From: an uncultured Verrucomicrobiae bacterium
GTDB taxonomy: Bacteria; Verrucomicrobiota; Verrucomicrobiia; Limisphaerales; Palsa-1400
Length of the DNA stretch: 64,000 nucleotides
Direction of reading: 5' to 3'
Assembly: GCA_963707025.1 (NCBI GenBank)
Contig: CAVPOM010000004.1
Location: 128,001-192,000 of the forward strand
In this document: piece by piece, positions 20,404 to 27,703 of the stretch
Layout of the letters: every line of letters starts with the position of its first letter
How positions within the stretch are numbered: the first letter of the stretch is position 1
The notes under the pieces: generated by a model
What the model saw: only the letters and a program-made list of their open reading frames with translations
Database searches by the model: none
Told to the model about the DNA's origin: nothing
Program-made: the position numbers and the translations under genes

Positions 20404-21722
20404 CACAAGCCTCCGGTCATTAGTCCCACAACATCAACTGGTTATGACTATTGCTAGGATTATTTTGAGATTGGGTTTGTGTAACCAGTTGTGCCAGAGG
20501 GATTTGCTCAAAAACGTTCACGCTCAAAATCTGTAGGATTTGGGACAAGCTCAACTCCAGCCTAAGTTCCTTGCGAACGATAGCCACCAGCACGTAAACG
20601 CAGATGGCGATCCAGACTTGCGTCTTGACCGCGTTGTCCGTCGTGCCGAAAAAGTGTTTGATCCGCAGGTTTTGCTTGATCCACTTGAAGAACAATTCCA
20701 CCTGCCAGCGGCATTTGTAGAGTTGGGCGATAATAAGGGCGGGCAAGTCAAAGTTATTAGTCAAGAATACCAATATCTTCCCGTCCTTCGGATCTCTATA
20801 ACTGACCCGGCGCAAGCGGTCCGGGTAATGCGCCACGCTTTGGGGCAGACTCAGCCACACGATGTGGTCGCTGCGCACGCCCGTGCTTTTGTCCACCGGA
20901 CGGGACTCCAACCGGTTGAGTTGTACGCCGGCTTTGGTGCGGGTGACAAAGAACGCCCCCGCCAGTTCAAAGCCATAGAGCCGTCGAAAATCCACGTAGG
21001 CGCGATCCATCACATAGAAGGCCCCCGGCTCGGGAATCAATTCGTCCAGCACGCGCACGTCGGCCTGTGTTCCCTCGGTAATCGAGATCATCGTCGGAAT
21101 CGGGCCGCGCAAATCCAGCAGCGTGTGGAGCTTGATCGCGGCCTTGGTAGAGCGAAATCGCGCCTAGGGGAACAAGCTCAGGCAAAGATCAATCGTGGTG
21201 GAATCCAAGGCGTAAACGGTTTGCTCCAACTCGACGGCGAGCGGTTCGTTGGCGTAAAGACGGCGGGCGCGCGCGATGAGCCGTTGCGCCAGGTCGGCGT
21301 AGATGCGCCAGTCGCGCGCGCCGTCGGCGTCGGCCAGGGTGCTATGCGCCACGGTCGAACGGAAACCCATCCGATAGAGTTGGTCTGGCCGCGAGCGCAG
21401 GCAGACTTCGATGTCCGCCAAGCTTTCCCGATAAGTGATCTGAGCGAAGGCCATAGCCAGGAACTGATCCCAACATGGGAAGCTACAAACCTTGTAGTTT
21501 CCATCGTAGCGATTGACACAGCGACGAAATTGTTCGGGATGTATCCACTCGGTCAGTTGCGAAAAAATCAATTTTCCAGTGAGCATGGTGCCAGTTTGGC
21601 ATCATGGCTGCTGCGGAGAATGACAAAACAAAGTTCAAATCGCTCACATCATTTTTCATGCGCATGTGGTTCCCATTGCGCATTTTACAACTGGCGACGT
21701 TCTCCGTGACCGGATGACAGTG
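20404..21722 (-). mobile_element. IS4-family insertion sequence (second, distinct element)
   Basis: Imperfect IRs CACAAGCCTCCGGTCA (20404) and revcomp CACTGTCATCCGGTCA (21722); no long target duplication. Confidence 0.75.
20420..21586 (-). pseudogene. IS4 (DUF4372) transposase with nonsense codon at 21164-21166 and a further lesion
   Basis: MLTGKLIFSQL, WDQFLAMAFAQ, ALDSTTIDLCLSLFP-stop (normally W), MDRAYVDF, YKCRWQVELFFKWIKQ. Confidence 0.9.
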
Positions 21723-21900
21723 ATGTCCCAACGATGTTGGCTCATTGTCACAGCAAGCGCAACAGTTTCTTCCGCAAGGACAGGTCGCGCCCGCCACGGC
21801 CTTTCAGTTCAAATAACCCAAATTGACTCCTTAGAGCCACCACCAGGCAAAAAAATCTGAATGGTTTTGGCTGTCGTACTCACTTCGGGCCCAACTACCG

Positions 21901-22235
21901 TTACAACGTCCTCTTCCCTTCCGCCCTGGCCCTCGCCCATCTCGCCCGGACCGCCGCTGCAAGTTTGGCCCTGGTTGCTGGACTGCTGCGCCGATCCTTC
22001 TTTTTGGAAACCTTCACCCTAGCCCAACGTGCCCTGGCCCCGGCCGCAATCGCCGCCCTTCCCGCCGCACTCAATCGCCTCTTGCTTTTCTTGGCCGCTT
22101 TTGCCATTGCCGAGCGTATCTTCCGCGCCCGCGCCAGAGCCTTAATGAGTTTACGCTTGTGGGCGGCGGTCATGTGATAATTGCGTTTGGCTGGAGTTGG
22201 CACCTCGGCTGGACTGGACACGGCGACTTCTCCAG
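21901..22235 (-). pseudogene. 5'-truncated small basic (Lys/Arg/Ala-rich) putative DNA-binding protein, paralog of 38194..38568
   Basis: KRNYHMTAAHKRKLIKALARARK...SSPATRAKLAAAVRARWARARAEGK. Confidence 0.7.
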
Positions 22236-22687
22236 TATTTGGCCGCGCAATAGAGCGAAATCATCGGCAGACCGACAAGCCCTGCGCGAGAGCTGACGTT
22301 GATAATCAAGCCGCTCTTGTTCCGCCGGAAATGCGGCAACAGCGCCCGCGTGACATCCATCACGCCGAAGACGTTGACATTGAATTGTTCCTGAACCTTT
22401 TCGCGCGAAATCCCCTCGAAGATGCCGAAAAGGCTAAAGCCAGCGTTGTTGATCAAAGCGTCAATCCGGCCGAACCGCCCCATCCCGTCCGCGACGGCCG
22501 CGTCAATGCTCTCTCGATCCTGCACATCCAGTCGTGTGACCAATATGCCAGGCAGGCGGGCCAATTCCGAATCCGCCGCCGGCTGGCGCATGGTGGCAAT
22601 GACGTTCCAGTCGTTACCTGCAAAGACCCTGGCCGCCGCCAGGCCAATACCGGAGGACGCTCCCGTGATCAGAACTGTTTTCTTCAT
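22236..22687 (-). pseudogene. Short-chain dehydrogenase/reductase, 3'-truncated right after the YxxxK motif
   Basis: TVLITGASSGIG, LDV, LINNAG, IINVSS, YCAAK then abrupt switch. Confidence 0.85.
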
Positions 22688-22760
22688 GCACCCCCATCGT
22701 CTCAAGCTTTCACGCAAAAAGCGAATCGCAGGCGCTGGAGCACGGACCACCAATTTCAAC

Positions 22761-22836
22761 GCTCCCGTAGCTCAATCACCAGAGCGCGACGCTTCGAACG
22801 TCGAAGATGAGGGTGAGAGTCCTTCCGGGAGTGCCA
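22761..22836 (+). tRNA. tRNA-Arg(UCG), non-canonical T-loop
   Basis: GCTCCCG/CGGGAGT acceptor; CGACG-CTTCGAA-CGTCG; T-loop TGAGAGT; GCCA end. Confidence 0.85.
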
Positions 22837-22842
22837 ATTCAG

Positions 22843-22919
22843 GCCGCGTTAGCCCAACTACCAGAGGCGCCCCGCTTAGGACGGGGAGGTTGGGGGTGGA
22901 AATCCCTCACGCGGCACCA
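22843..22919 (+). tRNA. tRNA-Leu(UAG), short variable loop
   Basis: GCCGCGT/ACGCGGC; CCCCG-CTTAGGA-CGGGG; T-loop TGGAAAT; ACCA. Confidence 0.85.
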
Positions 22920-22923
22920 CTTT

Positions 22924-22995
22924 GCTCCCGTAGCCCAAAGCAGAGGCGACGGGCTTAAACCCCGTGCAGTGTCAGTGCAAATCTGACCGGGAGCA
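22924..22995 (+). tRNA. tRNA-Leu(UAA), short variable loop, CCA not fully encoded
   Basis: GCTCCCG/CGGGAGC; ACGGG-CTTAAAC-CCCGT; GTCAG-TGCAAAT-CTGAC. Confidence 0.85.
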
Positions 22996-22996
22996 C

Positions 22997-23073
22997 CCGC
23001 GTGTAGCCCAATTAGCAGAGGCGTCCTGCTCAAACCGGGGAGGTTGCAGGTGCAAGTCCTGTCACGCGGACCA
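22997..23073 (+). tRNA. tRNA-Leu(CAA), short variable loop
   Basis: CCGCGTG/CACGCGG; TCCTG-CTCAAAC-CGGGG; GCAGG-TGCAAGT-CCTGT; ACCA. Confidence 0.85.
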
Positions 23074-23077
23074 ATTT

Positions 23078-23165
23078 GGAATGTCAACCGGACACGCGAG
23101 CCGGGCCTGTTTGCTAAACAGTGCGTGCCCTCGGGCAAGTGGCGCAAGTCCACGGCATTCCGCCA
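23078..23165 (+). tRNA. tRNA-Ser(GCU) with 8/4 acceptor/T-stem architecture
   Basis: 8-bp GGAATGTC/GGCATTCC; loop TTGCTAA; V-arm TGCC-CTCG-GGCA; 4-bp GTGG-CGCAAGT-CCAC; GCCA. Confidence 0.85.
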
Positions 23166-23173
23166 TTTTCTGC

Positions 23174-23265
23174 GCGCGCGTAGTTCAAAGTCGAACGGTC
23201 CGTCTTATAAACGGAGTCGCACTAGATGAGTGCCCAGGTCCGGAGCTTACCGGACGCGCGCACCA
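23174..23265 (+). tRNA. Atypical tRNA with UAU (Ile) anticodon and long variable arm
   Basis: GCGCGCG/CGCGCGC; GTTC-AAAGTC-GAAC; TCCGT-CTTATAA-ACGGA; V-arm GCACT-AGATG-AGTGC; TCCGG-AGCTTA-CCGGA; ACCA. Confidence 0.75.
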
Positions 23266-23318
23266 TTTCCAATCACCGTGGTGTTCTCCAGCAATACGTC
23301 AGAATCGTCAAAAGCCCC

Positions 23319-24419
23319 TTAATGCTGATCACCAGTGTTCGTCGAACCTGAATCTTGGACGGGCGCAGGAAGTTTTTGAAGGAAGCTCTCAAGATCAGGA
23401 ACAAGCGTGTTCGCACTCTGTTCGTCGAGAAGAACTCGTAAGGTATAACCTCTCGCAGCTTCATCAAGGTAACGTCGCATCTCAGTGTTCGGCTGGTTGA
23501 ACAATTTCAAAGCCCGGCGTAGGACTGGCGCAGCGTTGGCATCCTTAGCGATTAACAAAGCATGTGCGTAATAGAAAATGCCCCAGTAATCCGTGTGGTT
23601 CCATCCACCAGCTCCGAAGTCGTCCAACCACTTTCCCAGACGGTCGCGGACGTCAGGAACGACCGACATATCTCCAACCTGCACCAGACACAGAGCGTCA
23701 TCCGGTTCATGAGATCGTTCATACTCTTTGCGTATTGTGGCTTTCGCCTCGCTGTTATTGATATGGATCAAGTAGTTCAATGCACCCTGCCGGAGGTACC
23801 AATCGCCGCCGCCATCGGCCTCAATATAGTGTTCAGCATCCGGCATCGCCCTTTGATCACCAATTTTGCCGAGTGCTACGAAGACCTCCTCCTTCACGCG
23901 CCATGCAGACCCTTCCCAGGAATACTGGTGTCGGAGGATTCTCAGCAAAACGTCAGCGCTGTCCTTTGCACGAAGGGTCCCAAGAGTTTCAATCTGCGAA
24001 TCGTATTCGATTAAGGTCAGGTCGGTCCACACGGACTCCAAGTCCTTTTGCAATACTGGGGCAGCACGCAAATCTCCCAGTTTCTGCAACGCGCGACAGA
24101 TGGCCTCCTTTGTATTGTGGTTATTCCCGCACGCTGTGTATGCTCGACAAAGGTTTGCCACCCGGTCGCGCTGCTTTTGGGCGAGTACGCCATTTAATGC
24201 GTCAGGTGTGTTGAAAAACCACAGCGTTGGTAGAATTTGAACAAGTTCGTCGTATCCACCGTCTCCAGCCTCAACCAAGGCGGTCACCTTTTCCTTCTCC
24301 CTGGCGATGCGTTGGTGCCGGCGGTGGTTGCTCAACGACTCCAGAGCATCGGGCAGAACTAGAAGCGTCAGCAACGCGACCAAGATGCTCCAAACCCAAA
24401 ATCAACGTGTCAGTTTCAT
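23319..24419 (-). pseudogene. Membrane-anchored HEAT/PBS-repeat protein; probable true ATG at 24419 followed by an in-frame TGA at codon 6
   Basis: ALQKLGDLRAAPVL, ALGKIGDQRAMP repeats; M-K-L-T-R-stop-F-W-V-W-S-I-L-V-A-L-L in frame with ORF 23319..24383. Confidence 0.65.
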
Positions 24420-24565
24420 GGTGGTCTGTGATAAGAGCGTAACTATTCCAAAGCTGAAATGCACGCGTCATCGCGGAGCCTCGGTCCAAGAAGCCGTTTC
24501 AAATCACTGAACGCGAAACAGCTCCAGCGGCCTCGCGAAGTGCATTTAGCCGGTGAAAGAGCATC

Positions 24566-24637
24566 CGCAGTCGAACCAGCGTTCAGGCAGGCGTCATAAG
24601 CCAGTCGAGCCCAGGGCAGCACTGGGGACTGCGACCA
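24566..24637 (+). tRNA. tRNA with CAU anticodon (Met/Ile2), miniature D-arm
   Basis: CGCAGTC/GACTGCG; loop GTCATAA; CCCAG-GGCAGCA-CTGGG; ACCA. Confidence 0.7.
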
Positions 24638-24642
24638 TTTTC

Positions 24643-24714
24643 GCCTCCATGCAGCAACCTGCGGATTTCTTTTGTAAGGAAATCTAGCCGGAGCATCCCC
24701 GGCTGGAGGCTCCA
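24643..24714 (+). tRNA. tRNA-Thr(UGU), miniature D-arm
   Basis: GCCTCCA/TGGAGGC; GCAG-CAAC-CTGC; loop TTTGTAA; GCCGG-AGCATCC-CCGGC; TCCA. Confidence 0.75.
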
Positions 24715-24722
24715 CAGATTTT

Positions 24723-24799
24723 GCTCGCGTAGTCCAACAGCAGAGACACGACGTCGAGAACGTCGCCAGTGTCCCGACTCGTCGGGACCGCGAGCACCA
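24723..24799 (+). tRNA. tRNA-Leu(GAG), short variable loop, aberrant T-arm
   Basis: GCTCGCG/CGCGAGC; CGACG-TCGAGAA-CGTCG; T-arm is a perfect hairpin GTCCCGAC-TC-GTCGGGAC; ACCA. Confidence 0.75.
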
Positions 24800-24805
24800 G
24801 TTCTT

Positions 24806-24879
24806 GGTCTGCAAGCATTAAAGTGATGCAACTGCCTTTTGAGCCGTTGAACCGGGAGCGTTACCCGGGCGGGCCACCA
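24806..24879 (+). tRNA. tRNA-Lys(UUU)
   Basis: GGTCTGC/GCGGGCC; GCAT-TAAAGTG-ATGC; loop CTTTTGA; CCGGG-AGCGTTA-CCCGG; ACCA. Confidence 0.75.
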
Positions 24880-25654
24880 TTTGGGCCGTGCCAAGATGCA
24901 CCGCCTCCAGCCGGGGACGTTTTGGGTGAAATTGCCCTTCGACGGGGCTGCCCGGCCAAAGGCGGTCCAGCAAGTGGTGCCGGCACCACGACCAGGATTC
25001 GGCCATGCGAGCCCAACGGCTCCGTGCGTTCCGCTCCGGCATGGGCTGCTGCCAGGCATCATCCGTCCCCGGCAAGCCGAGGGCCTGGGCCAGCGCCGCC
25101 GCGATCCGGGCGTGGCCTTCGGCGTTCACATGGAAACGGTCCTCGCTCCAGAGTCGCGGGTCGGAGCCAACCGGGTATGCGGCGAAGTCAATGAGGCGGG
25201 CGCCGGTGGAAGCTGCGGCCTCGCGGATGGTGTCATTCATGGCCCGGACCCGGGGAGCCAGGAGACGGCCGATCGGCATGACGCCGGTGAGGTCCGGGAG
25301 CGTGAAAGTCAACACGACTGCTTTCCCGCCGACGAGCGCCCCCAGCATGCACTCGAGTTCTGCCCGCAGCTTGGCAGCATCGAAACTGCGTTCGAGGATG
25401 TCATTCGAGCCCGCGAAAACCGTCGCGAGGTCGGGCTTCATTGCACGCGCTGGTCCAAGCTGCTCCTCGCGGATTTCCCGGGAGCGCTTGCCGCGCACAC
25501 CCAGGTTAGCGTAGAGCAACCCGCCCTGCGCTTGCGCCACGCGCTCTGCCAGACGGTTCGCCCAGCCACGGTAACCGCCCGCCCCATCCGGGTCTTGGAG
25601 CCCCTCGGTGGAACTGTCGCCGATCGCGACGTAGCGATCGAATCGGAGCGTCAT
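24818..25654 (-). CDS. SGNH/GDSL hydrolase; natural 3' end lost near 24895, frame reads through into tRNA antisense
   Basis: YVAIGDSSTEG, YANLGVRG, FAGSND, DRFHVNAEGH. Confidence 0.85.
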   Translation of the reverse strand: MTLRFDRYVAIGDSSTEGLQDPDGAGGYRGWANRLAERVAQAQGGLLYANLGVRGKRSREIREEQLGPARAMKPDLATVFAGSNDILERSFDAAKLRAELECMLGALVGGKAVVLTFTLPDLTGVMPIGRLLAPRVRAMNDTIREAAASTGARLIDFAAYPVGSDPRLWSEDRFHVNAEGHARIAAALAQALGLPGTDDAWQQPMPERNARSRWARMAESWSWCRHHLLDRLWPGSPVEGQFHPKRPRLEAVHLGTAQMVARPGNAPGSTAQKAVASL

Positions 25655-25759
25655 GACGATATTGTGCGGGATGGCAACGGGGCACGTCTATGTGAACTTG
25701 AAGAAGATGCATTTTCAAACCGGCGGATTTACCCCGTTTTCGGACCGCCACTGACATTT

Positions 25760-25834
25760 TGCCGGGTCGTCTAATTCGTAGGACACTGCCCTTTGAAGGC
25801 GCTTATGTTGGTGCAAATCCAGCCCCGGCAGCCA
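25760..25834 (+). tRNA. tRNA-Gln(UUG)
   Basis: TGCCGGG/CCCGGCA (U1-A72); loop CTTTGAA; GTTGG-TGCAAAT-CCAGC; GCCA. Confidence 0.8.
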
Positions 25835-25839
25835 ATTTT

Positions 25840-25913
25840 CGCCCGGTGGTGAAATAGGATCACGTCCGGCCTACACCCGGAAATCGAGGGGGCAGAACCT
25901 TCCCGGGCGACCA
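25840..25913 (+). tRNA. tRNA-Val(UAC)
   Basis: CGCCCGG/CCGGGCG; TCCGG-CCTACAC-CCGGA; GAGGG-GGCAGAA-CCTTC; ACCA. Confidence 0.8.
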
Positions 25914-25914
25914 T

Positions 25915-25989
25915 TGCCTCGTTGCATAATCAGGAGTGCGCCGGTCTCTGACACCGGAAGACCTGGAGCAAAACCAGGCGAGGCAGCCA
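25915..25989 (+). tRNA. tRNA-Gln(CUG)
   Basis: TGCCTCG/CGAGGCA; CCGGT-CTCTGAC-ACCGG; CCTGG-AGCAAAA-CCAGG; GCCA. Confidence 0.85.
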
Positions 25990-26046
25990 ATTTCATCGTG
26001 AACCCTAATCCCGACCGGCGGGGGTCGAATCGAAATAAATCATTTT

Positions 26047-26091
26047 TATCTTGTTTTTATGATAAACCTTATTTATCCTGTTTACATGATA
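26047..26091. promoter_or_regulatory. Two HipB-type operators
   Basis: TATC-N10-GATA at 26047-26064 and 26074-26091, same 18-bp geometry as E. coli TATCC-N8-GGATA. Confidence 0.75.
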
Positions 26092-26336
26092 TGACGGACT
26101 ACCCGATCAAAACGCCGCAACAGCTTGGCTCTGTGCTCCAAGGATATCGGAGGGAGCAGAGACTGACCCAACAGGCGGTCGGAGCCAAAGTGGGGCTCGC
26201 GCAAAACGCCGTTTCGCAAATTGAGGCCGACCCGGGGAGCGCCGGATTGGCGCGAATCTTCAAGTTATTGGCCGCCCTCGATCTTGAACTTGTCGTGCGG
26301 CCGAGGAAAGCAAACGCACGCCAGTCAGACTGGTGA
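26091..26336 (+). CDS. hipB: HipB-like XRE antitoxin
   Basis: IKTPQQLGSVLQGYRREQRLTQQAVGAKVGLAQNAVSQIE; directly upstream of hipA. Confidence 0.85.
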   Translation: MTDYPIKTPQQLGSVLQGYRREQRLTQQAVGAKVGLAQNAVSQIEADPGSAGLARIFKLLAALDLELVVRPRKANARQSDW

Positions 26337-26339
26337 CGT

Positions 26340-27668
26340 ATGGGCAGGCGTCGAAAGTCCCGCTCCCTCTCCGTGTGGATGAACGGGGAGAAGGTTGGTG
26401 ATTGGCGTGTGGCGGCCACCGGCCAGGAATTCCTCTACGCGGAGAGATGGCTCTCCTCTCCTGCCGCCAGACCCATTTCGCTGTCGTTGCCGTTGCGCCC
26501 TTCCCAAGAACCGTATCGCGATGGCGTGGAAGCATTCTTCGATAATCTGCTGCCTGATAATCGTCAAATCCGCGAGCGAATCCAGCGCCGATTCAATACC
26601 CGGTCGGTTGGGGCGTTCGACCTGTTGCAAGAAATAGGGCGGGATTGTGTTGGCGCGTTGCAATTGATGCCGGAAGACGAGCCACCGCCCGGCATACAGC
26701 AAATCACTGGCGAGCGCCTGACACCAACCGGAGTCGAGCAACTTCTATCCGGGACCTTGGCCCCGACGTTCCATGAAGCAGAGGCGGATGAGGACGCCTT
26801 CCGGATTTCGTTGGCGGGAGCGCAAGAAAAGACGGCGCTGTTGTGGCACAAAGGCGCCTGGCTGCGGCCGACGCATGCGACCCCCACAACGCATATTCTC
26901 AAGCTCCCCATGGGGATCAACACCCAGGGAATTGATCTTTCAACGTCGGTGGAAAACGAATGGCTATGCGCGCAAATAGCAGAGGCGTATGGCATCGAGG
27001 TGGCGAAATGCCGGATCGAAACGTTTGGCCAGTACAAGACACTCGTCGTGGAGCGGTTTGATCGGAGGCTGGCCCCTGATCGGACGTGGCATCTGCGATT
27101 ACCGCAGGAGGACCTTTGCCAGGCGACCACCACGCCCCCGGCACTGAAATACGAGAGCGATGGCGGCCCAGGCATTGCTGTCGTCATGGACCTGTTGCTG
27201 GGTTCGGAGCGAGCGGTTGAGGATCGCCGGGATTTTATGCGCACCCAATTGGTATTCTGGATGCTGGCGGCGATCGACGGCCACGCCAAAAACTTCAGCC
27301 TGTTTATTCTGCCGGGCGGTGCGTATCGGCTGACGCCGCGATATGACATTATGTCCGCCTATCCAATTCTGGGGCACGGCCGCGGCAAGTTGGCGCCGGA
27401 CAAGATCCGAATGGCCATGGCCGTAACGGGGAAGAGTCGTCATTATCGGTGGAAAGAAATTCACGCTCGGCACTGGATCGATACGGCGAGGCGCCAGGGA
27501 CTTGGAGATATGGAGCAAATTATGTCGGATGTGATCGCACGGACACCGGCGGCGATTGACCTGGTGCGCAACATGGTGCCGAGGGGATTTCCTGCTCAGA
27601 TTGCCGAGGCAATACTCGGCGGAATTGAAACGCGCGCAGAACAGCTCAATGCGGAGTTGTCGGACTAA
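26340..27668 (+). CDS. hipA: HipA-family Ser/Thr kinase toxin
   Basis: FFDNLLPD, IGRDCVGAL, RISLAGAQEK, THILKLP, LVVERFDR, QEDLCQA, DGHAKNFS, PRYD. Confidence 0.95.
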   Translation: MGRRRKSRSLSVWMNGEKVGDWRVAATGQEFLYAERWLSSPAARPISLSLPLRPSQEPYRDGVEAFFDNLLPDNRQIRERIQRRFNTRSVGAFDLLQEIGRDCVGALQLMPEDEPPPGIQQITGERLTPTGVEQLLSGTLAPTFHEAEADEDAFRISLAGAQEKTALLWHKGAWLRPTHATPTTHILKLPMGINTQGIDLSTSVENEWLCAQIAEAYGIEVAKCRIETFGQYKTLVVERFDRRLAPDRTWHLRLPQEDLCQATTTPPALKYESDGGPGIAVVMDLLLGSERAVEDRRDFMRTQLVFWMLAAIDGHAKNFSLFILPGGAYRLTPRYDIMSAYPILGHGRGKLAPDKIRMAMAVTGKSRHYRWKEIHARHWIDTARRQGLGDMEQIMSDVIARTPAAIDLVRNMVPRGFPAQIAEAILGGIETRAEQLNAELSD

Positions 27669-27703
27669 ATTCGCATTCAACAAAGATCAAACACCGGAGA
27701 AGG

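Noticed and set aside
20402..21724. AT dinucleotide on both sides of the second IS4 as a target duplication
   Set aside because: 2 bp is expected by chance and is much shorter than typical IS4 duplications
22839..23500. ORFs overlapping the tRNA blocks (22839, 22964, 23044; also 24443, 24583 and the 5' extension of 25914)
   Set aside because: Shadow frames over tRNA genes with no protein-like motifs
2876..24404. In-frame TGA/TAG codons as evidence of stop-codon recoding by the tRNA array
   Set aside because: No UCA, CUA or UUA anticodon was found in the array, and many intact genes end normally in TGA/TAG; simple nonsense mutation suffices
24425..24470. Possible attC right half upstream of the HEAT-repeat gene (TCAGCTTTGG...GTTACGC on the minus strand)
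   Set aside because: No matching left half or inverted-repeat structure found
22761..25989. Regularly spaced GC-rich hairpins as a CRISPR array
   Set aside because: No constant repeat and no cas genes; the units fold as tRNA cloverleaves with CCA ends
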